Part shown: piece by piece, positions 28,729-37,711 of the stretch
How the letters are laid out: each line of letters opens with the position of its first letter
Numbering within the stretch: the stretch's first letter is position 1
DNA from: a virus
DNA: 64,000 nt
Direction: 5' to 3' (one strand)
IMG/VR virus record: IMGVR_UViG_3300042971_000032
Translations under genes and position numbers: made by a program
The notes under the pieces: model-generated
Database searches by the model: none
What the model was told of the DNA's origin: nothing
What the model saw: only the letters and a program-made list of their open reading frames with translations

Positions 28729-29334
28729 ATGCGCCATAAGAACGAGGAGTACTTTGATGTACTGGCGAAATTTATCGAGGACTACTGGGATGAGTATGGT
28801 GTATCCCCTACCAACCAGATGGTCGCAGACGGAACGCACCTCTCGACGGCAACCGTCAGTCGATATCTCCAGTACATGAGAAAAAACAATCTGATCGATT
28901 ATCACGGCCATCAGGGCTATCGGACGAAACGCCAGATGGACAGCCAGACCGGGAAGATCTCTGTTCCTCTCCTTGGGGCTGTGGCCTGTGGTGTTCCGAA
29001 ACTTGCGGAGGAGAACATCGAGGAGTATGTAGACCTTCCGGTCGTGCTCTTCGGCAGAGGCACGTTTTACCTGCTGCGTGCGGATGGGGATTCGATGGTG
29101 AATGCCGGGATTAACACCGGAGACCTGGTCCTCATTCGAAAGCAGGACAGCGCTGAGCCGGGGCAGATCGTGGTGGCGCTCATGGAGACGGAGGCAACGC
29201 TCAAGCGCTACTTCCCGGAACCGGAGCACAACCGGATCCGGCTTCATCCGGAGAATGACCAGATGAAGGATATCTACGTCCCGGCATGTGAGATACAGGG
29301 GGTGGCCGTCAAAGTTATCAAGGATCTGGAGTAG
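28729..29334 (+). CDS. lexA: LexA-family repressor (winged HTH + S24 peptidase)
   Basis: SPTNQMVADGTHLSTATV HTH, VACG cleavage loop, GDSM and ATLKR catalytic motifs. Confidence 0.9.
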   Translation: MRHKNEEYFDVLAKFIEDYWDEYGVSPTNQMVADGTHLSTATVSRYLQYMRKNNLIDYHGHQGYRTKRQMDSQTGKISVPLLGAVACGVPKLAEENIEEYVDLPVVLFGRGTFYLLRADGDSMVNAGINTGDLVLIRKQDSAEPGQIVVALMETEATLKRYFPEPEHNRIRLHPENDQMKDIYVPACEIQGVAVKVIKDLE

Positions 29335-29437
29335 TCGTTGTAAGGAGTCGCTACCTTAGCAAAAAAATGTGCGGGATTTCAGCATTTTCAGTCTGACTTT
29401 CCCTTTGACTGAGGATGTCCATCTATGGAGGAAGCAG

Positions 29438-29698
29438 ATGACATTCAAAGCAGGAGAACAGGCGTATATCATTGAGAATCATTCCCGTGTAACACCTGTA
29501 GTTGTTGTTCGAAGTTATGGAGATTTTTACACCGTTGCCTTCGGTGAGACGCTCATCAATCTGAGAGCCAGCCGGTTGTTCCGAAAGCGGGAGGACGCAG
29601 AAGCGAAGCTCCCCAGACGAGAGAGAATGGTGACGGGTGGGATGAACTATTCGTCCCCGTACAGTTACATGGATTATCACAGCCCTTACGGCATTTGA
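29438..29698 (+). CDS. Small hypothetical protein
   Basis: GGAGG RBS, 86 aa. Confidence 0.6.
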   Translation: MTFKAGEQAYIIENHSRVTPVVVVRSYGDFYTVAFGETLINLRASRLFRKREDAEAKLPRRERMVTGGMNYSSPYSYMDYHSPYGI

Positions 29699-29717
29699 GG
29701 AAGGACGGTGATATCAC

Positions 29718-29885
29718 ATGGAGGAGAGAGTAGTCGAGATCAAGTGTCCCTGCTGTGGCCGAAAGCTGTTTGACATGAAGTCAGACACTCAGGGAGCAAT
29801 CAGCATCAAGTGCTCACGCTGCAAGACGGTCATGGCAGTCAGGATGATGGGCAAAAACAGAATAAGAGTTGTACCGAGCAAATAG
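29718..29885 (+). CDS. Small zinc-ribbon protein (55 aa; not in ORF track)
   Basis: MEERVVEIKCPCCGRKLF...IKCSRCK, two CxxC pairs. Confidence 0.65.
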   Translation: MEERVVEIKCPCCGRKLFDMKSDTQGAISIKCSRCKTVMAVRMMGKNRIRVVPSK

Positions 29886-29944
29886 CCGCGCATAGGTGGT
29901 GAACGAAATTTGTATCACAAGGCCTGTAGCATGCAGCGAGCAAC

Positions 29945-30018
29945 GCCGGACATGTGGTTTGGTAATTCACAGGGATATTGTGCCTTGTGATGACCGGACC
30001 GCGTGTCCGGCTTTTTTT
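29945..30018 (+). terminator. Long irregular hairpin with T-tail
   Basis: GCCGGACA/TGTCCGGC outer stem, CACAGGG/CCTTGTG inner stem, T7. Confidence 0.55.
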
Positions 30019-30378
30019 GTGTCTGGAAATAAATCGGGCGAATTCCGCACACATGAAATTTTGACGGCAAAAATCGCCCATATACCTATAGGTACTCCGG
30101 ATCGGCTCCATTAGATGAGGGTTAACAAAGGAGCGGATTCCTTGACTGGGACATGCGAGGAAGTTTTAGGAGGCTTGTTACAGCTTCCCATACCACAGGG
30201 GTGCGTTTTGCACAGGGTTTCGAGGACGGAAGACATAGAGGGATGTGTCCGATTTTGCTGGTTAATTTCTGAACTGATATTTGAGAGAGAAATGTTACCC
30301 GAACAACACAAAAACGGGTCGCTTGTGTCCGTAGATAAGCAGAAAGGCCGGTTGATTTTTATGGTTCTTATTGAGAGG

Positions 30379-30726
30379 ATTTCCGATTTTGCTCCGTATG
30401 GTCCGCATACACGTGGCACCACTTTTCCAGAAAAAATTTCGGAGACTTGTTCAAAATCCGTCCTGAATTGTCCGCATATACATGGAAGCAAAAGGGAGGC
30501 AAAAATTCATGCGCAAAAAAGGAAGTAATTTTCAGATTTCGTCCATATATAGATGGGCCGGATATCGGAGCTGAAATCTTAGAAGAGTAGAGAATTAGGA
30601 TTTCCGATTTTGTCCGGAAAGTTCCGTTTATATACAGCAGGAACAGTACCGCTCAAAACGGCAGCGATTCTCCAGAAAAAATATCGGAGACCCGTTCAAA
30701 ATCAGCTCCAAATGGTCCGCATATAC
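30379..30726 (+). promoter_or_regulatory. Stack of four N7-spaced bipartite sites
   Basis: Sites at 30379, 30449, 30600 and 30694 match those at 8302-8457. Confidence 0.65.
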
Positions 30727-30862
30727 ATGAAGGCAAAAAGGAGGCAACTATGAGAGACCCACCATGACAACCAGAAGTACCTAATGTAACCCGTCGTCCC
30801 TGACTGCAGATCAGTAGTCAGCAATTCAATCACATTAAAAAAATCGAATATCGAGCCAGAGT

Positions 30863-30958
30863 GCGCACGAAGGCAGGATGTCGACATAACAGATTCCTTA
30901 TCTCTTACGGGATAGGTGGATCTGGAATGTCGGGAGCCTTACTTTCGTGCGCCTTTTT
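30863..30958 (+). other. About 90-nt multi-stem hairpin with T-tail in the leader of the sigma-like gene
   Basis: GCGCACGAA/TTCGTGCGC, AAGGC/GCCTT, CGACAT/ATGTCG, CAGAT(T)CC/GGATCTG and TATCTC/GGGATA pairings. Confidence 0.55.
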
Positions 30959-31050
30959 TGTGCCCACTCGTATCGGCTCCAAAGGCTACCGGCCTTTCCG
31001 GTCAGAACTTTCTTCCTGCCTTCCGTGCCTCCGGCTCAGGAGGCAAATCC

Positions 31051-31533
31051 ATGGAAGAGAAAAAGTTCTATCTCAATGTAACCGTTCTGAACGATGAAGG
31101 CAAAAAAGAGACAAAGACCGTGTTTGTAACCGAGGAAGTTTATCGCGCTTATAAGCAGCCGTATTGGAAGGCAAAGCAGCAGGAGAGACGTGCATCCCGC
31201 TGCATAATCGACGGTCACCGCTGCATGGGCGACTGCTCGAAGTGTGACCGGCTCCGCGATGGCGCACCGCTGTCCCTTGAGCAGATGGCAGAGGACGGCA
31301 TCGATGTTCCTTCTTCTTATGAAACACCGGAAGAAGCAGCGCTCCAGAAGGAAGAATACGAGAAGCTGTATGCCGCAATGGCGACCCTGACCGAGCAGGA
31401 TCAGAAGATCCTCTGGATGATGACGGACGGCAAGTCTGATCATGCGATCGCCGAGGCGCTTGGCATGGCGCAGACCACGGTTTCCTATCGCCGGAGAGCG
31501 GCTCTCAAGAATCTGAAAAAACTTCTCGGGTGA
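31051..31533 (+). CDS. Sigma-70 region-4-like HTH regulator
   Basis: C-terminal LTEQDQKIL...DHAIAEALGMAQTTVSYRRRAAL HTH; Cys cluster; GGAGG RBS. Confidence 0.8.
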   Translation: MEEKKFYLNVTVLNDEGKKETKTVFVTEEVYRAYKQPYWKAKQQERRASRCIIDGHRCMGDCSKCDRLRDGAPLSLEQMAEDGIDVPSSYETPEEAALQKEEYEKLYAAMATLTEQDQKILWMMTDGKSDHAIAEALGMAQTTVSYRRRAALKNLKKLLG

Positions 31534-31623
31534 TTTGCTCAAAATGTCCGCAACTGTCCTGTGAGTTATGGAGGGGTCAAGAACAAAAACAAATCACCCT
31601 CCAGAAAGGACAGGTGCAAGCCT

Positions 31624-31767
31624 ATGACAAACAAATCATTTGACCACGACGATGTGGTGGCATTCCTGCGGGTGATCTCGATCCTCACCGATCGGATCGC
31701 CTGCTGGATGCAGAAAGGAGGGACAGATCATGTCGAAGATGAGCGACCTGGATCTGACGCTGAATGA
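31624..31767 (+). CDS. Small hypothetical protein
   Basis: AAGGA RBS; typical small gene at this position. Confidence 0.4.
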   Translation: MTNKSFDHDDVVAFLRVISILTDRIACWMQKGGTDHVEDERPGSDAE

Positions 31768-32053
31768 GCTGAAGGAGTGCGGGGAAAAGCTGATTGCTGT
31801 TTCTGACTCCCTGCGAAAGCTTTTCTCAGGGCAGCAGCCGACAGTGGAACCGCAGCCGGAGGCAGATCCGCAGGAGCAGATCACGTTCGAGGAGCTTCGG
31901 GGCATCATGGCAAAGAAGACGAGAGTTTCCAAGGCCAATACGGATGCGATCCGGGAGCTTCTCACCAAGTACGGTGTGCATAAGCTCTCAGAGCTGAAGC
32001 CGGAACAGTACGCAGGGTTCCTGAAAGATGCGGAGGTGATCCCCGATGCCTGA
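31730..32053 (+). CDS. Hypothetical protein of replication module
   Basis: GGAGG RBS; LLTKYGVHKLSEL C-terminus typical of genes preceding DUF2800. Confidence 0.7.
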   Translation: MSKMSDLDLTLNELKECGEKLIAVSDSLRKLFSGQQPTVEPQPEADPQEQITFEELRGIMAKKTRVSKANTDAIRELLTKYGVHKLSELKPEQYAGFLKDAEVIPDA

Positions 32054-33167
32054 TCAGCACGCATTCCTGTCGGCATCGTCCAGTAACCGCTGGATCGCCT
32101 GTCCGCCTTCCGCAAAGCTGAACACCGGGACTGGAGGAAGGACATCCGAGTATGCCGTTCAGGGCACCTGCGCACACAGCCTTGCCGAGTACAAGCTGAA
32201 GAAGGCGCTCGGCATGAAGGCAAGGGATCCCACTGAGGATCTGGACTGCTTCGATCAGGAGATGGATTCCGCAACGGATGACTACGCCACCTATGTGATG
32301 GAGCAGGTACAGAATGAAAAGGAAACTTGCCGTGATCCTACCGTATTGGTAGAGCAGAGGCTCGATCTCTCCAGGTGGATTCCGGAATCCTTCGGAACGG
32401 CAGACTGCCTGATTGCCGGGGATGAAACCCTGACGATCGTGGATCTGAAGTACGGAACCGGAATCAAGGTGGAATCAAGCTCCTCGCAGCTTAAGTGCTA
32501 CGCACTCGGTTGTGTGGATATGTTCGACGGAATCTATGACATCAAGACCGTCCGGATGGTGATTTTCCAGCCGCGTCTCTCCCATGTGAGTGAGACGGAA
32601 ATGAGCAAGGAAGATCTCCTCACATGGGCGGATGAGGTTCTGGTCCCGGCAGCAAGGCAGGCATTTGTCGGCGAGGGCGAGTTTAAAGCAGGTGATCACT
32701 GCCAGTTTTGTGCCGTGAAAGCAAATTGCAGAAAGCGGGCAGAGACGAATCTGGAACTGGCCCGGTACGACTTTGCGATGCCCGCCACACTGGAGGATAC
32801 GGAGATCGAAGCGATTCTGCCGATGATCGACCAGCTGGTAGCGTGGGGTAATGACATCAAAGACTATGCGCTTCAGAAAGCATTATCCGGGAAGAAGTGG
32901 ACTGGCTTCAAGCTCGTCGAGGGCAGAGCCAACCGGAGATACACAAACGAGGACGCTGTAGTCAAAGCCGTGGAGAATGCAGGGTTTGATCCCTATGAGC
33001 GGAAATTGCGCGGCATCACTTCCATGACGTCCCTGCTTGGCAGGAAAAAGTTTGATGAGGTGCTGGGAGGTTTAGTGGAACGGCCGACCGGTAAACCGAC
33101 ACTGGTTCCACAGAGCGACAAACGGCCGGAGATGAATTCGGCTGCAGATGATTTCAAAGACGAGTAA
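32046..33167 (+). CDS. DUF2800-family (Cas4-like PD-(D/E)XK) protein
   Basis: HAFLSASSSNRWIACPPS, FGTAD, IVDLKYG, HCQFC motifs. Confidence 0.85.
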   Translation: MPDQHAFLSASSSNRWIACPPSAKLNTGTGGRTSEYAVQGTCAHSLAEYKLKKALGMKARDPTEDLDCFDQEMDSATDDYATYVMEQVQNEKETCRDPTVLVEQRLDLSRWIPESFGTADCLIAGDETLTIVDLKYGTGIKVESSSSQLKCYALGCVDMFDGIYDIKTVRMVIFQPRLSHVSETEMSKEDLLTWADEVLVPAARQAFVGEGEFKAGDHCQFCAVKANCRKRAETNLELARYDFAMPATLEDTEIEAILPMIDQLVAWGNDIKDYALQKALSGKKWTGFKLVEGRANRRYTNEDAVVKAVENAGFDPYERKLRGITSMTSLLGRKKFDEVLGGLVERPTGKPTLVPQSDKRPEMNSAADDFKDE

Positions 33168-33180
33168 AGGAGAAAAAATT

Positions 33181-33756
33181 ATGTCTACAAAATTCGTGAA
33201 TCCGACAAAGGTTGTAACTGGTAAGGATACCCGCTGGAGCTATGCAAACGTGTGGCAGGCAAAGTCCATCAACGGCGGCACGCCGAAGTTTTCTGTAAGT
33301 CTGATCATTCCCAAGAGCGATACCGTGACTGTGAAGAAGATCAAGGCTGCCATTCAGGCAGCGTATGAGGAGGGCGAGGCCAAGCTTAAGGGCAACGGTC
33401 GTACCGTGCCTCCGCTGTCTGCGATCAAGACGCCTCTTAGGGACGGCGATACGGAGCGCCCGGATGATGAGGCATACAAGAACTGCTACTTCATCAACGC
33501 CAATTCGACAACGGCACCGGGCATCGTGGATGCAGACCGGCAGGGGATCCTCGATCACTCCGAGGTCTACAGCGGTGTGTATGGCAGAGCGAGCATTTCG
33601 TTCTATGCCTTCAACAGCTCTGGTAATCGTGGCATCGCCTGCGGCCTCAACAACCTGCAGAAGATCCGCGATGGCGAGCCGCTTGGCAGCCGCAGCAGCG
33701 CACAGGATGACTTCGCTGATGTGGATGATGACGACGATGAGGGCTTTCTCGACTGA
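33181..33756 (+). CDS. DUF2815-family ssDNA-binding protein
   Basis: PLRDGD, EVYSGVYGRA, GIACGLNNLQK motifs and an acidic tail. Confidence 0.88.
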   Translation: MSTKFVNPTKVVTGKDTRWSYANVWQAKSINGGTPKFSVSLIIPKSDTVTVKKIKAAIQAAYEEGEAKLKGNGRTVPPLSAIKTPLRDGDTERPDDEAYKNCYFINANSTTAPGIVDADRQGILDHSEVYSGVYGRASISFYAFNSSGNRGIACGLNNLQKIRDGEPLGSRSSAQDDFADVDDDDDEGFLD

Positions 33757-33831
33757 GCAAATAATCCGATCCGGGACGGCAGGCGTGATCCTGCTGTCCA
33801 AGGATCCTGACAATCCAAGGAGGAAATTCCA

Positions 33832-33987
33832 ATGTACGAATTCATGATTCACATGATCATTGCATGCGTGTTTGGTGTTTGCATGGGAGGCTGCATTGTC
33901 GGCTGGGTGTACATCATAAAGAAGCTGATCGGACAGCTCATGAGGTTTGGGCGCTGGATCAAGGCAAAGGCAGCAAGAGAATCATAA
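33832..33987 (+). CDS. Small membrane protein (51 aa; not in ORF track)
   Basis: GGAGG RBS; hydrophobic N-terminal helix and basic tail. Confidence 0.5.
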   Translation: MYEFMIHMIIACVFGVCMGGCIVGWVYIIKKLIGQLMRFGRWIKAKAARES

Positions 33988-34041
33988 CAACGGGGCTGGG
34001 CGGGAGTGATCCTGCCCGGCTTCTTTCTTTGGAGGAAATGT

Positions 34042-36024
34042 ATGAAGAACTTATCTATGGACGTTGAGACATTTTCCAGCGTCGACCTGAATAAATGCGG
34101 TGTATATCGATACTGCGCATCACAGGATTTTGAGATTCTGCTGTTCGGCTACTCTGTTGACCATGGCCCGGTCCGGACGATCGATCTGGCATCCGGAGAG
34201 AAGATCCCGGAGGAGATTCTGAGGGCTCTCACCGATCCTGCTATTACGAAGTGGGCGTTTAACTGCAATTTTGAGCGCGTGTGCCTGTCGACCTATCTTC
34301 GCCGGAACTATCCACAGTACTTCAAGAGCTATGGATCACCGGAGGACTCGGTCGGGAACTACCTTGATCCCACCTCATGGCACTGCTCCATGGTGTGGTC
34401 TGCAAGTCTTGGACTTCCGCTGTCACTGGCACAGGTGGGTGCCGTTCTGAAGCTGGAAGACCAGAAGATGACCGAGGGCAAGGATCTGATCCGCTACTTC
34501 TGCGTGCCGTGCAAACCGACAGCCAGTAACGGCGGCAGAACCCGGAACCTGCCGAAAGACGCACCAGAGAAGTGGGCTGTCTTCAAGTCCTATAACATCC
34601 GCGATGTGGAGGTCGAGGTAGCCATTCAGGAACGACTCAAAAACTACCCGGTGCCGGACTTTGTATGGGACCAGTACCGGATCGATCAGATGATCAACGA
34701 CCGGGGCACCATGATTGACCTGTCCCTTGTTAAGAACGCGATCGCAATCGATGCGAAGACCCATGATGCCTACATGGCCCAGATGGCAGAACTGACAGGC
34801 CTTAACAATCCCGGGTCTGTTCAGCAGCTCAAGGGTTACCTGTCTGAACAGGGCGTCGAGGCAGATAGTCTTGGCAAGAAGGATGTTGCAAAGCTCATCG
34901 AGGAGGTTCCGAATGAGGTGAGGCAGGTGCTGGAACTTCGTCAGCAGACGTCAAAGTCGTCGATCAAGAAGTATCAGACCATGGAACGCGCTGTCTGTCC
35001 GGATGGCAGGATCCGGGGCATGTTCCAGTTCATGGGCGCACCGAGGACTGGCCGCTTTGCCGGGCGGCTGGTCCAGCTTCAGAACCTGAAGCGCAACAGT
35101 ATGTCGGATCTGGCAGAAGCAAGGGAACTGGTAAGGACCGGAAACTACGAGGCCCTTGAGATGCTCTATGATTCCGTACCGGAAGTGCTCTCGGAACTGA
35201 TCCGGACAGCTCTCATTCCGAAACCTGGCTATAAGTTCTATGTCGCTGATTACAGCAGCATCGAAGCGAGGACGCTTGCCTATCTGGCCGGAGAACAGCA
35301 CACGATAGATTCCTTCGCAAGAGGCGAGGACCTTTACTGTGCGACGGCCAGCGCCATGTTCCATAAGCCGGTCGTGAAGCATGGCATCAATGGCGAGTTA
35401 AGACAAAAGGGCAAAATTGCGACTTTGGCCTGTGGATATGGCGGCTCTGTCGGTGCGCTCAAGGCAATGGGTGCTCTGGATATGGGGCTTCAGGAAGAGG
35501 AACTGCAGCCGCTTGTAACAGCATGGAGGAAGGCAAATCCGCACATTGTTCGGTTCTGGTGGGAAGTCGATAAAGCGGCAATGGAATCTGTCCGGAATCG
35601 CACCGTGACAGAGACACACGGATTTAGGTTCATCTACAAATCCGGCATGCTGTTCATCTCTCTTCCTTCCGGCAGGTATCTTGCCTATGTGAAACCGAGG
35701 ATTGGCATGAACCAGTTTGGAAGTGACTGCATCACCTATATGGGACTTGATTCCACCCGGCACTGGAGCAGGATCCAGACCTACGGCCCCAAGATTGTCG
35801 AGAACATCACGCAGGCGATCTGCCGGGATATCCTCTGCAATGCCATGCAGAACCTGCAGGATACCTTCATCTGTGCGCACATCCACGACGAGCTTGTGAT
35901 CGAATGCCGGGAGTCGGTATCTCTCGATGAGATCTGTGAACGCATGGGTAAGACACCGGATTGGATTCCGGGTTTGCTGCTTCGGGCGGATGGGTATACC
36001 TGCGATTGGTATCAGAAGGACTGA
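34042..36024 (+). CDS. Phage family-A DNA polymerase
   Basis: DVETFS exonuclease motif, DYSSIEAR motif A, KIATLACGYG motif B, HIHDE motif C. Confidence 0.93.
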   Translation: MKNLSMDVETFSSVDLNKCGVYRYCASQDFEILLFGYSVDHGPVRTIDLASGEKIPEEILRALTDPAITKWAFNCNFERVCLSTYLRRNYPQYFKSYGSPEDSVGNYLDPTSWHCSMVWSASLGLPLSLAQVGAVLKLEDQKMTEGKDLIRYFCVPCKPTASNGGRTRNLPKDAPEKWAVFKSYNIRDVEVEVAIQERLKNYPVPDFVWDQYRIDQMINDRGTMIDLSLVKNAIAIDAKTHDAYMAQMAELTGLNNPGSVQQLKGYLSEQGVEADSLGKKDVAKLIEEVPNEVRQVLELRQQTSKSSIKKYQTMERAVCPDGRIRGMFQFMGAPRTGRFAGRLVQLQNLKRNSMSDLAEARELVRTGNYEALEMLYDSVPEVLSELIRTALIPKPGYKFYVADYSSIEARTLAYLAGEQHTIDSFARGEDLYCATASAMFHKPVVKHGINGELRQKGKIATLACGYGGSVGALKAMGALDMGLQEEELQPLVTAWRKANPHIVRFWWEVDKAAMESVRNRTVTETHGFRFIYKSGMLFISLPSGRYLAYVKPRIGMNQFGSDCITYMGLDSTRHWSRIQTYGPKIVENITQAICRDILCNAMQNLQDTFICAHIHDELVIECRESVSLDEICERMGKTPDWIPGLLLRADGYTCDWYQKD

Positions 36025-36165
36025 GTCCGGGACAAGCGCTGGGACACTGGAAATTTCTCAAAAAAAGTTCATCAGGCTTTGCTCAAACGGGCTCTATCTG
36101 TCCTGTGTCTTATGGAGGGACAGATAAGAGCCTGTTTTTGTTCCCTCCGGAAAGGAGGCACTCAT

Positions 36166-36504
36166 GTGCGTGAGAAAAAGATTGTATACGTCTGCTCGCC
36201 ATATTCAGGAAACATCTCCCTGAATACGGAACGGGCAAAGATCTACAGCCGGATGGTTGTGGACAGGGGAGCAATCCCCGTAACACCGCATCTCTACCTG
36301 CCGCTTTTTCTGGATGAAGAGACGGAAAGAGATGCCGCAATCGAAATGGACCTCGCTCTCTTAAAGAGATGCGATGAGCTCTGGGCTTTCGGAGATGAGA
36401 TCTCTAGTGGAATGAAGCGGGAGATGAAGGAAGCAGAGAAGCTCGGAATAGCGGTCCTAAGAATAACGCCCACAGGGCAGGAGGAATGGATATGTACGAA
36501 GTAA
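36166..36504 (+). CDS. Nucleoside deoxyribosyltransferase-like (DUF4406-type) protein
   Basis: VYVCSPYSG, PHLY, CDELWAFG, GMKRE motifs. Confidence 0.7.
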   Translation: MREKKIVYVCSPYSGNISLNTERAKIYSRMVVDRGAIPVTPHLYLPLFLDEETERDAAIEMDLALLKRCDELWAFGDEISSGMKREMKEAEKLGIAVLRITPTGQEEWICTK

Positions 36505-36824
36505 TCAGCGGAGAAAGAGACGTCAATCGTGTGGCGGTTGACACATTCAAGAGACAGGTCGCCTCTGGCGAAAACATCCTCGAGGTCGAGGCAGGCACGA
36601 ATGGCTATAAGGGAGATGACTTTGGACACGCTTCCCGGACCTACATTCGCCTGCAGGACATCATGGATACCGACATGAGAGTGAAGGAGACCCATGACAG
36701 CGATGGCAACGTGGATGGATTTGTACTGGAGATGGCAGGAGACTCGGAGCTTACTACGATCATCAATGCTCTGAAGTTTGTGGTAAAGGTGCTCGATGAA
36801 CAGAGACGGGAGGTAGTCGGATGA
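36486..36824 (+). CDS. Hypothetical protein
   Basis: 112-aa ORF overlapping its neighbours in operon fashion. Confidence 0.6.
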   Translation: MDMYEVISGERDVNRVAVDTFKRQVASGENILEVEAGTNGYKGDDFGHASRTYIRLQDIMDTDMRVKETHDSDGNVDGFVLEMAGDSELTTIINALKFVVKVLDEQRREVVG

Positions 36825-37709
36825 TCAACATGGAACGGACCCTGATGGCGCCTGGATTTGACAACACAGAGGCAGATCAGAAAAGAGGACTAGCCACGTG
36901 GTCACATCCGAGCGGATTTGAAAAGCTCGATACGATCCACACCTCGGAAGAGGCCCTGAATGACATGGCCGCCATGTTTGAGACCATGGAGGATCGCGGG
37001 ATTGATCTTCTGGAGAAACCGGCTCTTCCGGAGTTCGCTTTGAGCGTCCATGAACCGGCACCGCTCATGAATCCACATTCCACGCTGGTGCGCTTTAAGC
37101 GCTCAGCCATGAAAGAGGAGACGACCACCGAGATCGGGGAAGATAGCACGCAGACCACCAAGCCGGTGATCGATGCCTACATCTCGTTTGATAAGACCGA
37201 TGCCATTGATGCCGTCATGACCATTTACGCTACGCGGATTCGTATCGGTGAAAAGGTTATGACTGCAACCGGTCAGCGGTCAGGTTGTTCACTGGACGAA
37301 TCCGGATACCGAGATCGGAGAAATCATTCATGAAAACAGACTGGATCAGGAGTTTCTTGAGATTTTCAGGGATATCAAGCTGTCCTATCTTGCAATCCAG
37401 AGAGCCTTAAAGCACCGCCCGACCATGTTCTATACACCGACCGGAAGAAAGCAGACAGGTCCTGACAGCGGGGAATATATCCCGCAGAAACACACGCAGC
37501 ACCCGGTCCGGATGATCCGGGTCGATGAAGAGGAGCTTCGGAAGTATGCAGAACCGCTCCGTCACATGAAATGCCCGTGCTGGGGTGTCATCGGCCACAT
37601 GCGGCATTACAAGAGTGGCAAAGAAGTATGGATCAAACCGTACCGGAAAGGCAGACAGCGCAACAATCCGGAAGCCTATCAGGCCAAGGAATATCTGATG
37701 GAGGATTGA
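36821..37709 (+). pseudogene. Hypothetical gene split by a 1-nt frameshift near 37271
   Basis: Downstream frame is open from 37263 to 37709 and ends with GHMRHYKSGKEVWIKPYRKG. Confidence 0.55.
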
Positions 37710-37711
37710 GT

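Noticed and set aside
32046-33167. Cas4 of a CRISPR system
   Set aside because: Its context (DUF2815, PolA) is the standard phage replication module.
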